A DNA stretch of 64,000 nt from Candidatus Termititenax sp. (GTDB taxonomy: Bacteria; Margulisbacteria; Riflemargulisbacteria; GWF2-35-9; DYQY01). The notes under the pieces were generated by a model. The model was not told where the DNA came from and did no database searches. It was given only the letters and a program-made list of their open reading frames with translations. The number at the start of each line of letters is the position of its first letter. The stretch's first letter is position 1. Shown here in pieces: positions 27,488-38,703 of this stretch. The translations under genes and the position numbers were made by a program. Location: positions 62,149 to 126,148 of the forward strand of contig DYQY01000003.1 in the NCBI GenBank assembly GCA_020719045.1, given 5' to 3'.

Positions 27488-28170
27488 TAAAGCCCTCCAA
27501 ACCTTCTTGCTCTACTATTATAATCATCAATAGCTTGCTGCAACAGCTCTTTGTTAAAATCTGGCCAATAAGCATCAGTAAACCATAGTTCAGAATAAGC
27601 TGCCTGCCAAAGCATAAAATTACTTAGCCTTTGCTCGCCACTTGTTCTAATTATTAATTCTGGATCTGGGATACCACTTGTATATAATAACTGGCTAAAT
27701 GACTCTCGCGTTACTTCTTTTCCTTCTTTTATCGCTTGGTTTATGGCCCTGACAATCTCATCTTGAGAACCATAATTAAGCATTATATTCAACTGGTGAT
27801 TAGAGTTATCAGCAGTAGCTTCCTCAGCTTTACGCATATTTTCCCTTAATTCACTATTAAATGCACTCAAATCACCCAAGAACCGCAACCTGACGCCAAC
27901 CTTCGCAAGTTTCTTTACCTCATTATGCAATGCTTGCAACAAAAGACCTTGAAGGAAACTGACCTCTTCTTCTGGTCTTTTCCAATTCTCTGTCGAAAAC
28001 GCATACACAGATAAATATTTAACCCCTAAATCCTTGCAAGCGTTAATGGTTCTCTTAAGTGCTTCTCCACCTTCTTTGTGACCTGCAGTCCTTGGGAGCC
28101 CTCTCTCTTTTGCCCATCTTCCGTTTCCATCCATAATAATTGCAATATGTTCTGGAACTGAACTAGACAT
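27487..28170 (-). CDS. uppS: undecaprenyl diphosphate synthase
   Basis: HIAIIMDGNGRWA...SVYAFSTENWKRP cis-prenyltransferase motifs. Confidence 0.9.
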   Translation of the reverse strand: MSSSVPEHIAIIMDGNGRWAKERGLPRTAGHKEGGEALKRTINACKDLGVKYLSVYAFSTENWKRPEEEVSFLQGLLLQALHNEVKKLAKVGVRLRFLGDLSAFNSELRENMRKAEEATADNSNHQLNIMLNYGSQDEIVRAINQAIKEGKEVTRESFSQLLYTSGIPDPELIIRTSGEQRLSNFMLWQAAYSELWFTDAYWPDFNKELLQQAIDDYNSRARRFGGL

Positions 28171-28703
28171 TATATTTCCATTATTTCCTTCTCTTTATGT
28201 TTCAAAAGTTCATCAACTTCTTTAATAAACTTATCAGTTACTACTTGAACTTCATTCTCAGATCTTTTCTTAGCGTCATCGCCTAAGTCGTCATCCTTTT
28301 TTACTTTTTCAAGCTGATCTCTACGAATGTTTCTAATGGCTACTCTTGCTTCTTCTGCCATCTTCTTAACTGACTTATCCAGTTCTAGCCTTCTCTCTTC
28401 TGTTAAAGGAGGTATTGCTAATCGAATATTCACACCATCGTTATTTGGGTTTAGCCCCAAAGATGCCTTAACCAAGGCTCGTTCAACGTCACCTAATGTT
28501 CCTCTATCAAATGGAGTAACAATAATAACGTTAGAATCCTGAACGTGCATTGTTGCTACCTGTTTAATTGGTAAAGTAGAACCATACACCTCAACAACTA
28601 CTCTATTAAGAATATCAGGATTTGCTCTTCCTGTTCTAACGGTAGCAAAGTTATTCTGTAAACTTTCTATTGCTTTAGTCATTCTTTGATTAATTTCACT
28701 CAT
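28170..28703 (-). CDS. frr: ribosome recycling factor
   Basis: 177 aa RRF pattern. Confidence 0.9.
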   Translation of the reverse strand: MSEINQRMTKAIESLQNNFATVRTGRANPDILNRVVVEVYGSTLPIKQVATMHVQDSNVIIVTPFDRGTLGDVERALVKASLGLNPNNDGVNIRLAIPPLTEERRLELDKSVKKMAEEARVAIRNIRRDQLEKVKKDDDLGDDAKKRSENEVQVVTDKFIKEVDELLKHKEKEIMEI

Positions 28704-28712
28704 TTTTTCCTC

Positions 28713-29426
<714 letters not shown>

Positions 29427-29501
29427 TTACATAAAACTCCTATCTTCATTTTTCCTAACTAAAATTATTGCAAAAAATAGTGAAAAGGGAAAGAGGCTCC
29501 A

Positions 29502-32183
29502 CTATTTTGCCTCTAACCAATTATGTGCCTTTGAGGCATTTACAACTAACGGCACGTCTAATTTATAAGAGTTCTCCATTGCGGCAACAATAATTTTCGT
29601 TAATTCATCAGCTTGTTCTTCCTTAACTTCAACAACTAATTCATCATGCACCTGAAGCAACACTTTTGCATCAAACTCACTAATCACCTTATCTAAATCA
29701 ATCATGGCAAGCTTAATAATATCAGCAGCTAATCCCTGCATAGGATAGTTAATTATCACTCTCGTAAGTGCGATTTGCTCACGTTTAGAAGCTGTGGCAA
29801 ACTCCTTAAAGTTTCTCTTTCTTCCATACAAAGTAGAAATATAGCCATGTTCTATCACAAAATTTGGCGCTGACTCCATATAAATTTTAATTCCAGGAAA
29901 CTTATAAAAATAAAGGTCTATTTGATGCTGAGCTTCCTTAATATCAATCCCTAATCTATAAGACATCTTGAATGCACCCATGCCATAAGCGAGCCCAAAG
30001 TTAATCTCTTTTGCTTTTCGTCTCATTTCAGAAGTAACGCCCTCTAACGAAACTCCAAAAACCTCTGCAGCCGTTGCACTATGGATATCCAGACCTTTTC
30101 TAAATGCGTCTCTTAACTTCTCGTCCTTACTTATGTGCGCCAAAATTCTAAGCTCTATCTGTGAGTAGTCAGCAATAACCAAGGTGTACCCTGGCTTTGC
30201 AACAAAGGCTCCTCGAATCTTACTGCCTATATCTCCTCTTATTGGAATGTTCTGTAGGTTAGGATTACTGCTACTTAATCTTCCTGTTGCTGCAACTGTT
30301 GAATTAAATGTTGTATGCAATCTACCTGAACTATCCGTAAGTTTTGGCAATGTATCTACATAAGTATTAAGAAGTTTGCTAAGTTGCCTATACTCAATTA
30401 ACTTATTAGCTATTTCATATCTTCCAGCTAATTCCTCAAGCACATCCACATTGGTACTAAAACCTGTTTTAATTTTTTTGGAGGTTGGAAGTTGTAACTT
30501 ATCATACAAAATCTCCTGCAGTTGCTTGTTTGAGTTAATATTAAACTGTTCGCCAGCTAAGGCATATATTTGCTTTTCTATTTCAGTTAACTCATGATGC
30601 AATTCTTCTGACATTTTATTTAAATAATTTTTATCAAGAAGAATTCCTTCTTTTTCCATTTTATAAAGAATCTCAATTAAAGGCAGCTCCATCTCATTAT
30701 AGATAAATAACAAATCCTCTTCTTTAAGCTTTGAAGCTAATTTAGTTTTTAATCTAAGAATAGCATCTCCCCTTGAATCTAAGTACTGGATGGCTTTATC
30801 AGCAGATATCTCACAAAAATGGAATTTCTTATTCTTTGATAAAAGTTCCTTCTTTGTTTCAACTTCTTCACCCAAATGAACACTAAGCATCTTCTCAACA
30901 TCACGATTACTTCTTTCAGGCTCAGCTAAATAATCCATAATAGAGATATCATCATAAGAACCAGCAAGCTGAATTCCATCTGTATCTAAATAATGCATTA
31001 ATCTTTTAACGTCATTTACATTCTTATGTACTTTCAACTCGAACAATCCCTTTAAGCTTGTTGGCTTGGCAGATTGCTCCAAAGCAAACATAGGACCAAA
31101 AGGGTTACTATCGACAGCTGACAGATTTCCTGATGCAAAAGCCAAAGGAATAACAAACACTTTCCCAGATATTGTTGAAACGCTGAGACCAACTAATTCA
31201 TTAGTTCTATCATCATATTCACAATAAACACCTATTTCTTTTTCACTGCCAAGCAAAGCAATTGCCCTGTTAAGCTTATCTTCACTATCAACAACCTCTG
31301 TACTAACTTCCCTTGAAACTCTCACAACATTCTCAACACCAAGGAATCTTTTAATTAAACTATTTAATTCATACTTTCGTAAAAACGCTAATAGCTTTTC
31401 ATTGTCCATTATTGTATTAACAGCGCTAGTCTCGATATCTAAGGAAATATTAATTGTAACTAATTGCTTGCTTAAGAAAGCATTATCTTTATCGTTAATT
31501 AACTTCTCCTGAAGCTTGCCATGAATCTTATCTATGTTTTCATACACTCCTTCGATTGTTTTATAGTCTTGAAGAAGCTTGATTGCCGTCTTTTCCCCAA
31601 TACCCTTCACACCTGGAATATTATCTGAGTTATCTCCCATAAGCGCTTTCATATCTATCATCTGCTCAACAGTTAAGCCATATCGTTCAAAAACCTGCTC
31701 TGGACCGTATTCCTCTATCTCGGAAATGCCCTTTCTTGTTAAAAGCACATGAATGTCGTCTGAAACAACCTGAAAGGAATCCTTATCGCCAGTAACAATA
31801 TAAGGAGCTATTCCCTCTCTGCTAAGCTTCTTTGCAAGAGACCCAATAACATCATCAGCCTCATATCCTGGCAACTGCACTAGTGCTAAGCCTAGCTCTC
31901 TTACAAACTCTTTAATAATTGGAATCTGACTAATAAACTCTTCAGGTGGTTTCTCCCTGTTAGCCTTGTATTCTTTGTACATTTCATGCCGAAATGTTGG
32001 TTGTGGCAAATCAAACGCTACATATATCTGATCCGGCTCATGGTTTTTAATTATCTGCATTACCATACTAATAAAACCAAATAAAGCATTTGTCGGTTGA
32101 CCATCTTTTGTAGTCAGTCCACCTACCGCAAAAAAAGCTCGATAGGCTATACTGTGACCATCAATTATAAGTGCTTTTTTCAC
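29502..32183 (-). CDS. polA: DNA polymerase I (5'-3' exonuclease + Klenow polymerase; 3'-5' exo motifs apparently degenerate)
   Basis: 893 aa with an N-terminal FEN-like domain and the C-terminal family A motifs A (DYSQIELR), B (RRKAKEINFGLAYG) and C (LQVHDELV). GTG start at 32183. Confidence 0.9.
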   Translation of the reverse strand: MKKALIIDGHSIAYRAFFAVGGLTTKDGQPTNALFGFISMVMQIIKNHEPDQIYVAFDLPQPTFRHEMYKEYKANREKPPEEFISQIPIIKEFVRELGLALVQLPGYEADDVIGSLAKKLSREGIAPYIVTGDKDSFQVVSDDIHVLLTRKGISEIEEYGPEQVFERYGLTVEQMIDMKALMGDNSDNIPGVKGIGEKTAIKLLQDYKTIEGVYENIDKIHGKLQEKLINDKDNAFLSKQLVTINISLDIETSAVNTIMDNEKLLAFLRKYELNSLIKRFLGVENVVRVSREVSTEVVDSEDKLNRAIALLGSEKEIGVYCEYDDRTNELVGLSVSTISGKVFVIPLAFASGNLSAVDSNPFGPMFALEQSAKPTSLKGLFELKVHKNVNDVKRLMHYLDTDGIQLAGSYDDISIMDYLAEPERSNRDVEKMLSVHLGEEVETKKELLSKNKKFHFCEISADKAIQYLDSRGDAILRLKTKLASKLKEEDLLFIYNEMELPLIEILYKMEKEGILLDKNYLNKMSEELHHELTEIEKQIYALAGEQFNINSNKQLQEILYDKLQLPTSKKIKTGFSTNVDVLEELAGRYEIANKLIEYRQLSKLLNTYVDTLPKLTDSSGRLHTTFNSTVAATGRLSSSNPNLQNIPIRGDIGSKIRGAFVAKPGYTLVIADYSQIELRILAHISKDEKLRDAFRKGLDIHSATAAEVFGVSLEGVTSEMRRKAKEINFGLAYGMGAFKMSYRLGIDIKEAQHQIDLYFYKFPGIKIYMESAPNFVIEHGYISTLYGRKRNFKEFATASKREQIALTRVIINYPMQGLAADIIKLAMIDLDKVISEFDAKVLLQVHDELVVEVKEEQADELTKIIVAAMENSYKLDVPLVVNASKAHNWLEAK

Positions 32184-32359
32184 GCTAGTAGTTTGTCACC
32201 TTTAGCAATATTTTCATGGTCTACTTCATCAAAGAAAATAAGAACAGAGTCCTTTGGTTTCCCTGCGTTTTTTTCTAAGGATACACAAACATCTTCAGCA
32301 ATTTTTTGTTTTTGATTTTTTGAAAGCTTGCCAGCTACTCTTATGTTTACATATGGCAT
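32180..32359 (-). CDS. 4-oxalocrotonate tautomerase family protein (59 aa), not in the ORF track
   Basis: Hand translation of the minus strand gives MPYVNIRVAGKLSKNQKQKIAEDVCVSLEKNAGKPKDSVLIFFDEVDHENIAKGDKLLA, which has an N-terminal Pro1 and tautomerase-like length. GGAGG lies 6 nt upstream of the ATG. The TGA stop overlaps the polA GTG start (GTGA). Confidence 0.7.
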   Translation of the reverse strand: MPYVNIRVAGKLSKNQKQKIAEDVCVSLEKNAGKPKDSVLIFFDEVDHENIAKGDKLLA

Positions 32360-32403
32360 TTTAAACCTCCATTTTTATTTATCATTATAACACTAAGACA
32401 TGT

Positions 32404-33201
32404 TTGTTTGGCTTTAGTAATTTTGAAATAATAGTATATAATAAGCGCATGTTAAAAAAGATACCTTGGCAAATATCGTTAGGCATACTTCTAATCATTT
32501 CTTCCTTTATGCTCTATTCATTACACTATTCCATTTTTCGTGATGCGAAGCATATCTTCATATATTTAATTGGTGACCTTGCCTTTCTTCCTCTAGAAGT
32601 CTTGATTGTATCAATAATCATTAACCAAGTACTTAATAATAGAGAAAAAAAAGATAAACTACATAAGCTCAACATGGTAATTGGTGCTTTTTTCACAGAA
32701 ATTGGCTCTGAACTAATGTACAGAATTGCTCAACTAGACTCAGATAAGAGTTGGTTACAGAAAACCTTTGAACACGAAAAAGAATGGTCATATCTAGAGC
32801 TAACCAGAATAGAGAAAGAACTTAAGAGCCATAAGTGTAAACTTGAATACGATGGCACCAAGATACAGGATCTAAAAGAATTCCTTGATTCAAAACGAGA
32901 ATTCTTACTAAACTTACTAAGCAATCAAAATCTCCTCGATCATAACAGGTTCACTTCTCTTATTTGGTCGGTCTTTCACACAACCGAAGAACTGCTTAGA
33001 CGAAAAAATCTCACTAAGAATTCTCTTGAAGACCAAAAACACATTCTTGCGGATATTCAAAGAGGCTATAAGTTAATAATAATCGAATGGGTGGCATATC
33101 TAAAACACCTTCAAGTAGATTATCCATATTTATTTAAATTTGAATTAAGAGCAAACCCTTTTAAAGATAGACTTTGTAACGAAAAATACTGTTTAGACTA
33201 A
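32404..33201 (+). CDS. hypothetical membrane-anchored protein
   Basis: Two N-terminal TM helices then a ~190 aa charged helical domain. Confidence 0.35.
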   Translation: MFGFSNFEIIVYNKRMLKKIPWQISLGILLIISSFMLYSLHYSIFRDAKHIFIYLIGDLAFLPLEVLIVSIIINQVLNNREKKDKLHKLNMVIGAFFTEIGSELMYRIAQLDSDKSWLQKTFEHEKEWSYLELTRIEKELKSHKCKLEYDGTKIQDLKEFLDSKREFLLNLLSNQNLLDHNRFTSLIWSVFHTTEELLRRKNLTKNSLEDQKHILADIQRGYKLIIIEWVAYLKHLQVDYPYLFKFELRANPFKDRLCNEKYCLD

Positions 33202-33202
33202 T

Positions 33203-34735
33203 CTATATTTCCTTAAGATTCCCTATTTCTTTAATGCCAAACATTCTTTTATAGGTAACCTCAGCACTAATCATACACATTGGAAGACCAATACCTGGGT
33301 TAGTATTTGCACCAACATAAAATAGATTTTTGACTTTCTTGCTAAAGTTATTAGGTCTCATAGAAGCACTTTGCCAAAGAGTATGAGCTAGGCCCAGTGC
33401 TGTACCCTTATAACTATTATACTTCTTCTTAAAATCTTCTATACAAAATATTTCTTGATACTCTATTCTCTTAGCGAGGTCTTTTATTCCCATTGTTGAT
33501 TCAATCATTTTAATAATTTTTTCTGCATAACCTTTTAGTTGTCCTTTACTATAAATCATTCCTGCTGCAATAGGTACAAATACAAATAAATTCTCCTTAC
33601 CCTCAGGGGCCATTTTGGGATCTATTTTATTTGGATTACAAACATAAAAGGATGGATCCATTGGCCATATTGGTTTCTTAAAAATCTGCTCGAAATTCTT
33701 TTCCCAATCAAATGAAAAATATAAATTATGATGCGTAAGTTCTGGAATCTCACCATCAACCCCAAGATACAATATAAGACCTGACGGAGCTAATACCTTT
33801 TTATCCCAATACTTCTGTGGATAGGTTTGATATTTCTTCTTTAGCATGGTTGTTTCTACGTGCGCCATATCTGCATTGCAAACAACTTCATCAGCTCTAA
33901 TAAAATGACCATTCTCAAGCCTTACCCCTTGAGCATAACCACTCTCAACGATAATCTCTTCCACCGCTAACCCATTATAATAGCTAACGCCAAGCTTCCG
34001 ACCAATTCGCTCAAGAGCCTCTACAAGTTTATATATTCCACCCATCGGATAATAAACACCCTGATTAAAATCTACATGAGACATTATCTTATAAAGCGCT
34101 GGAGTATTATAAGGAGATCCTCCTAAGAAAACTAACTGATACTCAAGTAGCTTTTGCAAATCCCTGTTCTTAAAGAATTTCTTTATATATTCATCCATTG
34201 ACTTAAACAAAGAGAATTTTTTAGCACTTTTTATTACCTTGTAATTCAAAAAATCAAACAAACTATCATAATTACGATAAACAAACTCTTCCATTGCAAT
34301 ACCATATTGTTCTTCTGCTTTAGCTAAATAATCTTCCAGCTTTGCAAAGCTATTTGGCTCAAAACTTTCGAAAACTTCTTTAAGCTTTTCCCTATTAGTG
34401 AAAATATCTTTATTGTACTTTTTACCAGAATCAAAAAAAACTCTGTATGATGGTTCAAGCTTAACTAAATCAAGGTGGTCCTCTATCTTTTCATCAATTA
34501 ATTTAAAAAAATGTTCAAAAACCTCTGGTATTAAATACCAAGAAGGCCCCATATCAAAAGAATAACCTTTTTCTTCAAGCAGGTTACATCTTCCACCTAA
34601 TCGCTCTTCCTTTTCATAGAGAGCAACCTCATAGCCCTTTTTGGCTAACAAGCAAGACATTGATAACCCGCCAATACCACCACCAACAATAATAACTTTT
34701 TTGCTCAAAATAAACTCCTTATTTGATAGCTCCAT
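33203..34735 (-). CDS. FAD-dependent oxidoreductase of the phytoene desaturase (CrtI/amine oxidase) family
   Basis: N-terminal VIIVGGGIGGLS...YEKEERLGGR dinucleotide-binding motif; 510 aa. Confidence 0.7.
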   Translation of the reverse strand: MELSNKEFILSKKVIIVGGGIGGLSMSCLLAKKGYEVALYEKEERLGGRCNLLEEKGYSFDMGPSWYLIPEVFEHFFKLIDEKIEDHLDLVKLEPSYRVFFDSGKKYNKDIFTNREKLKEVFESFEPNSFAKLEDYLAKAEEQYGIAMEEFVYRNYDSLFDFLNYKVIKSAKKFSLFKSMDEYIKKFFKNRDLQKLLEYQLVFLGGSPYNTPALYKIMSHVDFNQGVYYPMGGIYKLVEALERIGRKLGVSYYNGLAVEEIIVESGYAQGVRLENGHFIRADEVVCNADMAHVETTMLKKKYQTYPQKYWDKKVLAPSGLILYLGVDGEIPELTHHNLYFSFDWEKNFEQIFKKPIWPMDPSFYVCNPNKIDPKMAPEGKENLFVFVPIAAGMIYSKGQLKGYAEKIIKMIESTMGIKDLAKRIEYQEIFCIEDFKKKYNSYKGTALGLAHTLWQSASMRPNNFSKKVKNLFYVGANTNPGIGLPMCMISAEVTYKRMFGIKEIGNLKEI

Positions 34736-34837
34736 GATACCTCTAATTACTACATTATTCTAGCCACTATAAGTTCCACCACTATAGCAAACGCCCATCC
34801 AAAAATAATGCGAATATTTTAGTGCTATAATTGCAAA

Positions 34838-35797
34838 ATGCAAGACCCATGGGAATCACTATCGTTTGACTCAATACTAACTCAAACAGAGAACGTAACT
34901 GGGCTCAAGTTATCTAATTTGGTAGTGCAGAGAAACAGTTACATTAACCGAGTCTATGAGCTATCTGTTAAAAACAGTGAACAAAAATTAATAGTTAAAT
35001 TCTATCGACCAGGTCGTTGGACAAGCCCTATGATTCAAGAAGAACATTCGTTTTTATTTCAGCTTCTTGATGCTGAGCTCCCAGTAATAGCACCTATTCA
35101 TTTCAATGAAAAAACACTTTTCAGCTTTGAGAATATCAATTTTGCAATTTTTGAAAAAAAAGGTGGTAGAGCAATTGATGAGCTAAGCAAAGAGAGCTGG
35201 AATTTAGCTGGAAGACTGCTTGGTAGAATTCATCTTATTGGAAAAACTATTCACAACTCCAAACGTGTTATCTGGTCACCAGAAAAGACTACTAATAAAA
35301 CGCTCAAATTTCTAATTGAAAATAACTTTGTTCCGCCAGCATATGTCGCACCGCTAAATACTGTGAATAATTTCTTTATGCAAATGTCAGCTAACTTATT
35401 TAAAAATGAACACCTTCACCTTATACATGGTGATTGCCACTTAGGTAACCTTATTCATCGTCCAGGAGAAGGAATGTATATTGTAGACTTCGATGACATG
35501 TGTGTAGGTCCTGCTGTTCAAGACCTTTGGATGCTACTTCCAGGCAAACCTGAACAATGCGAACAAGAAATCAATTGGTTTCTTGAAGGATATGAGGTCT
35601 TTAATGAATTCAATATTGGCTCTCTTCAGCTTATACCAATGCTTAAGGTAATGAGAATGATTCACTTTGCAGGATGGTGTGCCTTACAGTCAAACGACCT
35701 TAGCTTTAAGAAGCATTTTCCTGATTGGGGAAGCACCCAATATTGGAACCAACTTATACGAGAGATTCAAGAGAACGTTTATTCGTCTGAAGAATAA
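34838..35797 (+). CDS. stress-response Ser/Thr kinase RdoA/SrkA (YihE)-like, aminoglycoside-phosphotransferase fold
   Basis: HGDCHLGNLI catalytic loop and IVDFDDM; 319 aa. Confidence 0.7.
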   Translation: MQDPWESLSFDSILTQTENVTGLKLSNLVVQRNSYINRVYELSVKNSEQKLIVKFYRPGRWTSPMIQEEHSFLFQLLDAELPVIAPIHFNEKTLFSFENINFAIFEKKGGRAIDELSKESWNLAGRLLGRIHLIGKTIHNSKRVIWSPEKTTNKTLKFLIENNFVPPAYVAPLNTVNNFFMQMSANLFKNEHLHLIHGDCHLGNLIHRPGEGMYIVDFDDMCVGPAVQDLWMLLPGKPEQCEQEINWFLEGYEVFNEFNIGSLQLIPMLKVMRMIHFAGWCALQSNDLSFKKHFPDWGSTQYWNQLIREIQENVYSSEE

Positions 35798-35836
35798 ATA
35801 ATTTTCCCAAGACTTTTTATCTGATATGATGACAAT

Positions 35837-36403
35837 ATGCAAATAAAAAAAACTGAGTTTATAACAGGCATGACACAAAAAGGTGCATCCTTAAGGCATG
35901 AAATCCCACAAATTGCCTTTATTGGCCGATCTAATGTTGGCAAATCAAGCACTATTAATGCTCTAGCAAACAATAAGAACCTAGCGAAAACCAGCTCATA
36001 TCCTGGAAGGACACAGCAAATAAATATCTTCCTTATTAATGATTCAACCTACTTTGTTGATTTGCCTGGCTACGGATTTACAAAAACATCAAAATCAGTA
36101 AGAGAAAGCATCGGAGAACTAATCGACTGGTATTTTCTTGACTCAGGCTACGAACCAATGGTTATTGCACTTATCGTTGATGCAAATGTTGGTCCAACAG
36201 AAAGCGACGTTGCAATGCTAAACTACCTCGAAGAAAGCGACAGAAACATCATTGTTCTAGCAAACAAAATAGACAAAATAAAACAATCTGAGTATGTAAA
36301 AAAAATAAGAAAAGTAGAAGAATTCGCTGGAAAAAACACAGTAATTCCTTTTTCAGCAGAAAAGAAAAAAGGCATCACTGAATTCTTCCAAGAAGCCTTC
36401 TAA
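35837..36403 (+). CDS. engB: ribosome biogenesis GTP-binding protein EngB/YihA
   Basis: IAFIGRSNVGKSS G1, DLPGYG G3, NKID G4. Confidence 0.85.
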   Translation: MQIKKTEFITGMTQKGASLRHEIPQIAFIGRSNVGKSSTINALANNKNLAKTSSYPGRTQQINIFLINDSTYFVDLPGYGFTKTSKSVRESIGELIDWYFLDSGYEPMVIALIVDANVGPTESDVAMLNYLEESDRNIIVLANKIDKIKQSEYVKKIRKVEEFAGKNTVIPFSAEKKKGITEFFQEAF

Positions 36404-36486
36404 TTACACCACTTATATTAGCTGACTTGTATTTACATGTTTCCTTCTCTACTATATAAATATTAAAAACACTCAGGACAAAGCAT

Positions 36487-37905
36487 ATGAACAACAATAA
36501 TCAACTAACTATTAAGGTTTCAGATGATAAACTTCAAGCCTACCTTTATCTCCAAGATAGCCTTCCAATAGCCAGAGAAACCATCTACAATCTACTCCAA
36601 TCAAACAATATTATCTTTGGGATTCAAGAAGAAACTATTAACCAGCTGATACCAGTAAATAACTCATCAAAAGAATACCTTATAGCTCAAGCTATTCCAG
36701 CACAAAACGGAAAAGACTCGCAAACAATCTTTCATTTTAATACCATCCAGATTATTGATAGAGAACCATTAAAACGCGAAGATGACTCTGTAGACTATCA
36801 TAACAAGGGCACTATTGATTATGTTGAAAGTAATGAAGTAATTGCTGAAAACGTATTAGCAACTAATGGAATAAATGGTACAAACGTTTATGGAAAACAA
36901 ATTCTTGCTACTAATGGCAAAACAACAACAATTCGTTTCGACAAAACAGTAAGCTTTTCAAGTAATGACAATAAATTCAGGTCACTTATTGAAGGACACC
37001 CTATTCTTAGGGAAAACATGATAAACATTCAAAAAGAACTAGAAGTAAAAAACGTTGACTTCTCTACGGGAAATATCTTTTATAAAGGAGATATCTTTGT
37101 TAGGGAAAATATTCGCTCTGGATTTTGCATTAAAACTGATAAAAATATTGAAATCAAAGGGTCTATTCACCATTCAGAGATATCAGCAGGGGAAAATATT
37201 GTCTGCCATGGAGGCAAAATACCTGGTGAAGAAGGCTCCATCCAGGCTGGAGGTAACATAACAATCACTTTTATTGATGGTGGAACAATAAATGCTGGCA
37301 ACAATCTTATAATACAAAAACACCTAATCAACACCCAAGCTATCGCCAACAATAGCATTCTATGCGATGAAAAAGAGGGACTAATCCTTGGTGGCACAGT
37401 AGTAGCGAAAGAATTGATACAAACCTTTGATTTAGGATCTCCGAATGAAACTAAAACAGAGGTAATACTTGATAACCTAACCGAAAGACTTGAGAAACTT
37501 AAAGAAATTGATGCTACCCAAAAAACAATCAACAAAGAATTACTAGATGGATTACCAACTTATCAACGCTTAGAGAAACTTATAAAAAACAAACACTTTA
37601 TTGATAACATGAATAAAGAGCAAATGGACAGAATTCTCAATACTTTTTCTCATCTACATAACACAAGAACTGAAAAACAACAGAACTTAGCAAACCTTGG
37701 AAACCAAAAACGCGAAATACTTCAATCAATTAAGTATGGGAAATCTCCTGAGTTACATATTTATGGAACTGTATATCCAAAGGTACAAATCACAATTAAC
37801 CATATTCAAACACATATAAAATCACCACTTACAAATATAAAGTTCAGTGTTTTCAATAATGAGATTCAAATACATACACTTAAACCAACCAATGCGTCAC
37901 TATAG
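36487..37905 (+). CDS. DUF342 (FapA-like) beta-helix protein
   Basis: Central repetitive beta-helix stretch (GENIVCHGGKIPGEEGSIQAGGNITITFIDGGTINAGNN) and a C-terminal coiled coil, as in FapA/DUF342. Confidence 0.6.
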   Translation: MNNNNQLTIKVSDDKLQAYLYLQDSLPIARETIYNLLQSNNIIFGIQEETINQLIPVNNSSKEYLIAQAIPAQNGKDSQTIFHFNTIQIIDREPLKREDDSVDYHNKGTIDYVESNEVIAENVLATNGINGTNVYGKQILATNGKTTTIRFDKTVSFSSNDNKFRSLIEGHPILRENMINIQKELEVKNVDFSTGNIFYKGDIFVRENIRSGFCIKTDKNIEIKGSIHHSEISAGENIVCHGGKIPGEEGSIQAGGNITITFIDGGTINAGNNLIIQKHLINTQAIANNSILCDEKEGLILGGTVVAKELIQTFDLGSPNETKTEVILDNLTERLEKLKEIDATQKTINKELLDGLPTYQRLEKLIKNKHFIDNMNKEQMDRILNTFSHLHNTRTEKQQNLANLGNQKREILQSIKYGKSPELHIYGTVYPKVQITINHIQTHIKSPLTNIKFSVFNNEIQIHTLKPTNASL

Positions 37906-37951
37906 AATATTTATGCTTAATGCCTTATAATCACTGCTATAAGGAGTATTA

Positions 37952-38701
37952 ATGGGCGAGAATTTACCTTTTCTTTCTTTAGAAACAGACCAAGAATACA
38001 TTAATTTGCAGATTGAGCTAGTCAAAATGCAAAAATGGGTTAGAGAAAAAGGTAAACGCATCATTATAATTTTCGAAGGAAGAGATACCGCTGGTAAAGG
38101 TGGGGCAATTATGCGCTTCATGCGCTTCCTAAACCCAAGAGCCTGTCGAGTAGTAGCATTACCAAAACCCACCAAAATTGAAAAAGGACAATGGTACTTT
38201 CAAAGATATATCCAAGTTTTCCCTAACCCTGGCGAGTTTGTTTTATTCGATAGAAGTTGGTATAACAGAGCGGTAGTTGAACCAGTTATGGGCTTTTGCA
38301 ACAAAAAACAATACAAACTATTCATGAAACAAGTTATAGATTTAGAAAACATGTTTATTGATGATGGTATTACTATAATAAAATTTTGGTTTTCTATTGA
38401 TAGCGAGGTTCAGAAAAAAAGACTTGAGGAACGAAAAGTTGATCCACTTAAGCAATGGAAAATGAGCACAGTAGACACTCTTGCACAACAAAAATGGGAA
38501 GAATACACTAAGTACAAAGAAGCTATGTTTAAACTAACAGGCACTAAAAAAAGCCCTTGGGTTATTATTGATGGGAATAATAAAGATATAGCAAGAAAAG
38601 AAGCAATGCGATATGTTCTACACCATCATGATTATCCTGGTAAAGGGGACACTGGAATCAACCTAACTCCTTCACCAACTATAGTGTCTTATAACCACTA
38701 A
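37952..38701 (+). CDS. polyphosphate kinase 2 (single-domain PPK2)
   Basis: IIIFEGRDTAGKGG Walker A and downstream PPK2 motifs. Confidence 0.85.
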   Translation: MGENLPFLSLETDQEYINLQIELVKMQKWVREKGKRIIIIFEGRDTAGKGGAIMRFMRFLNPRACRVVALPKPTKIEKGQWYFQRYIQVFPNPGEFVLFDRSWYNRAVVEPVMGFCNKKQYKLFMKQVIDLENMFIDDGITIIKFWFSIDSEVQKKRLEERKVDPLKQWKMSTVDTLAQQKWEEYTKYKEAMFKLTGTKKSPWVIIDGNNKDIARKEAMRYVLHHHDYPGKGDTGINLTPSPTIVSYNH

Positions 38702-38703
38702 TA

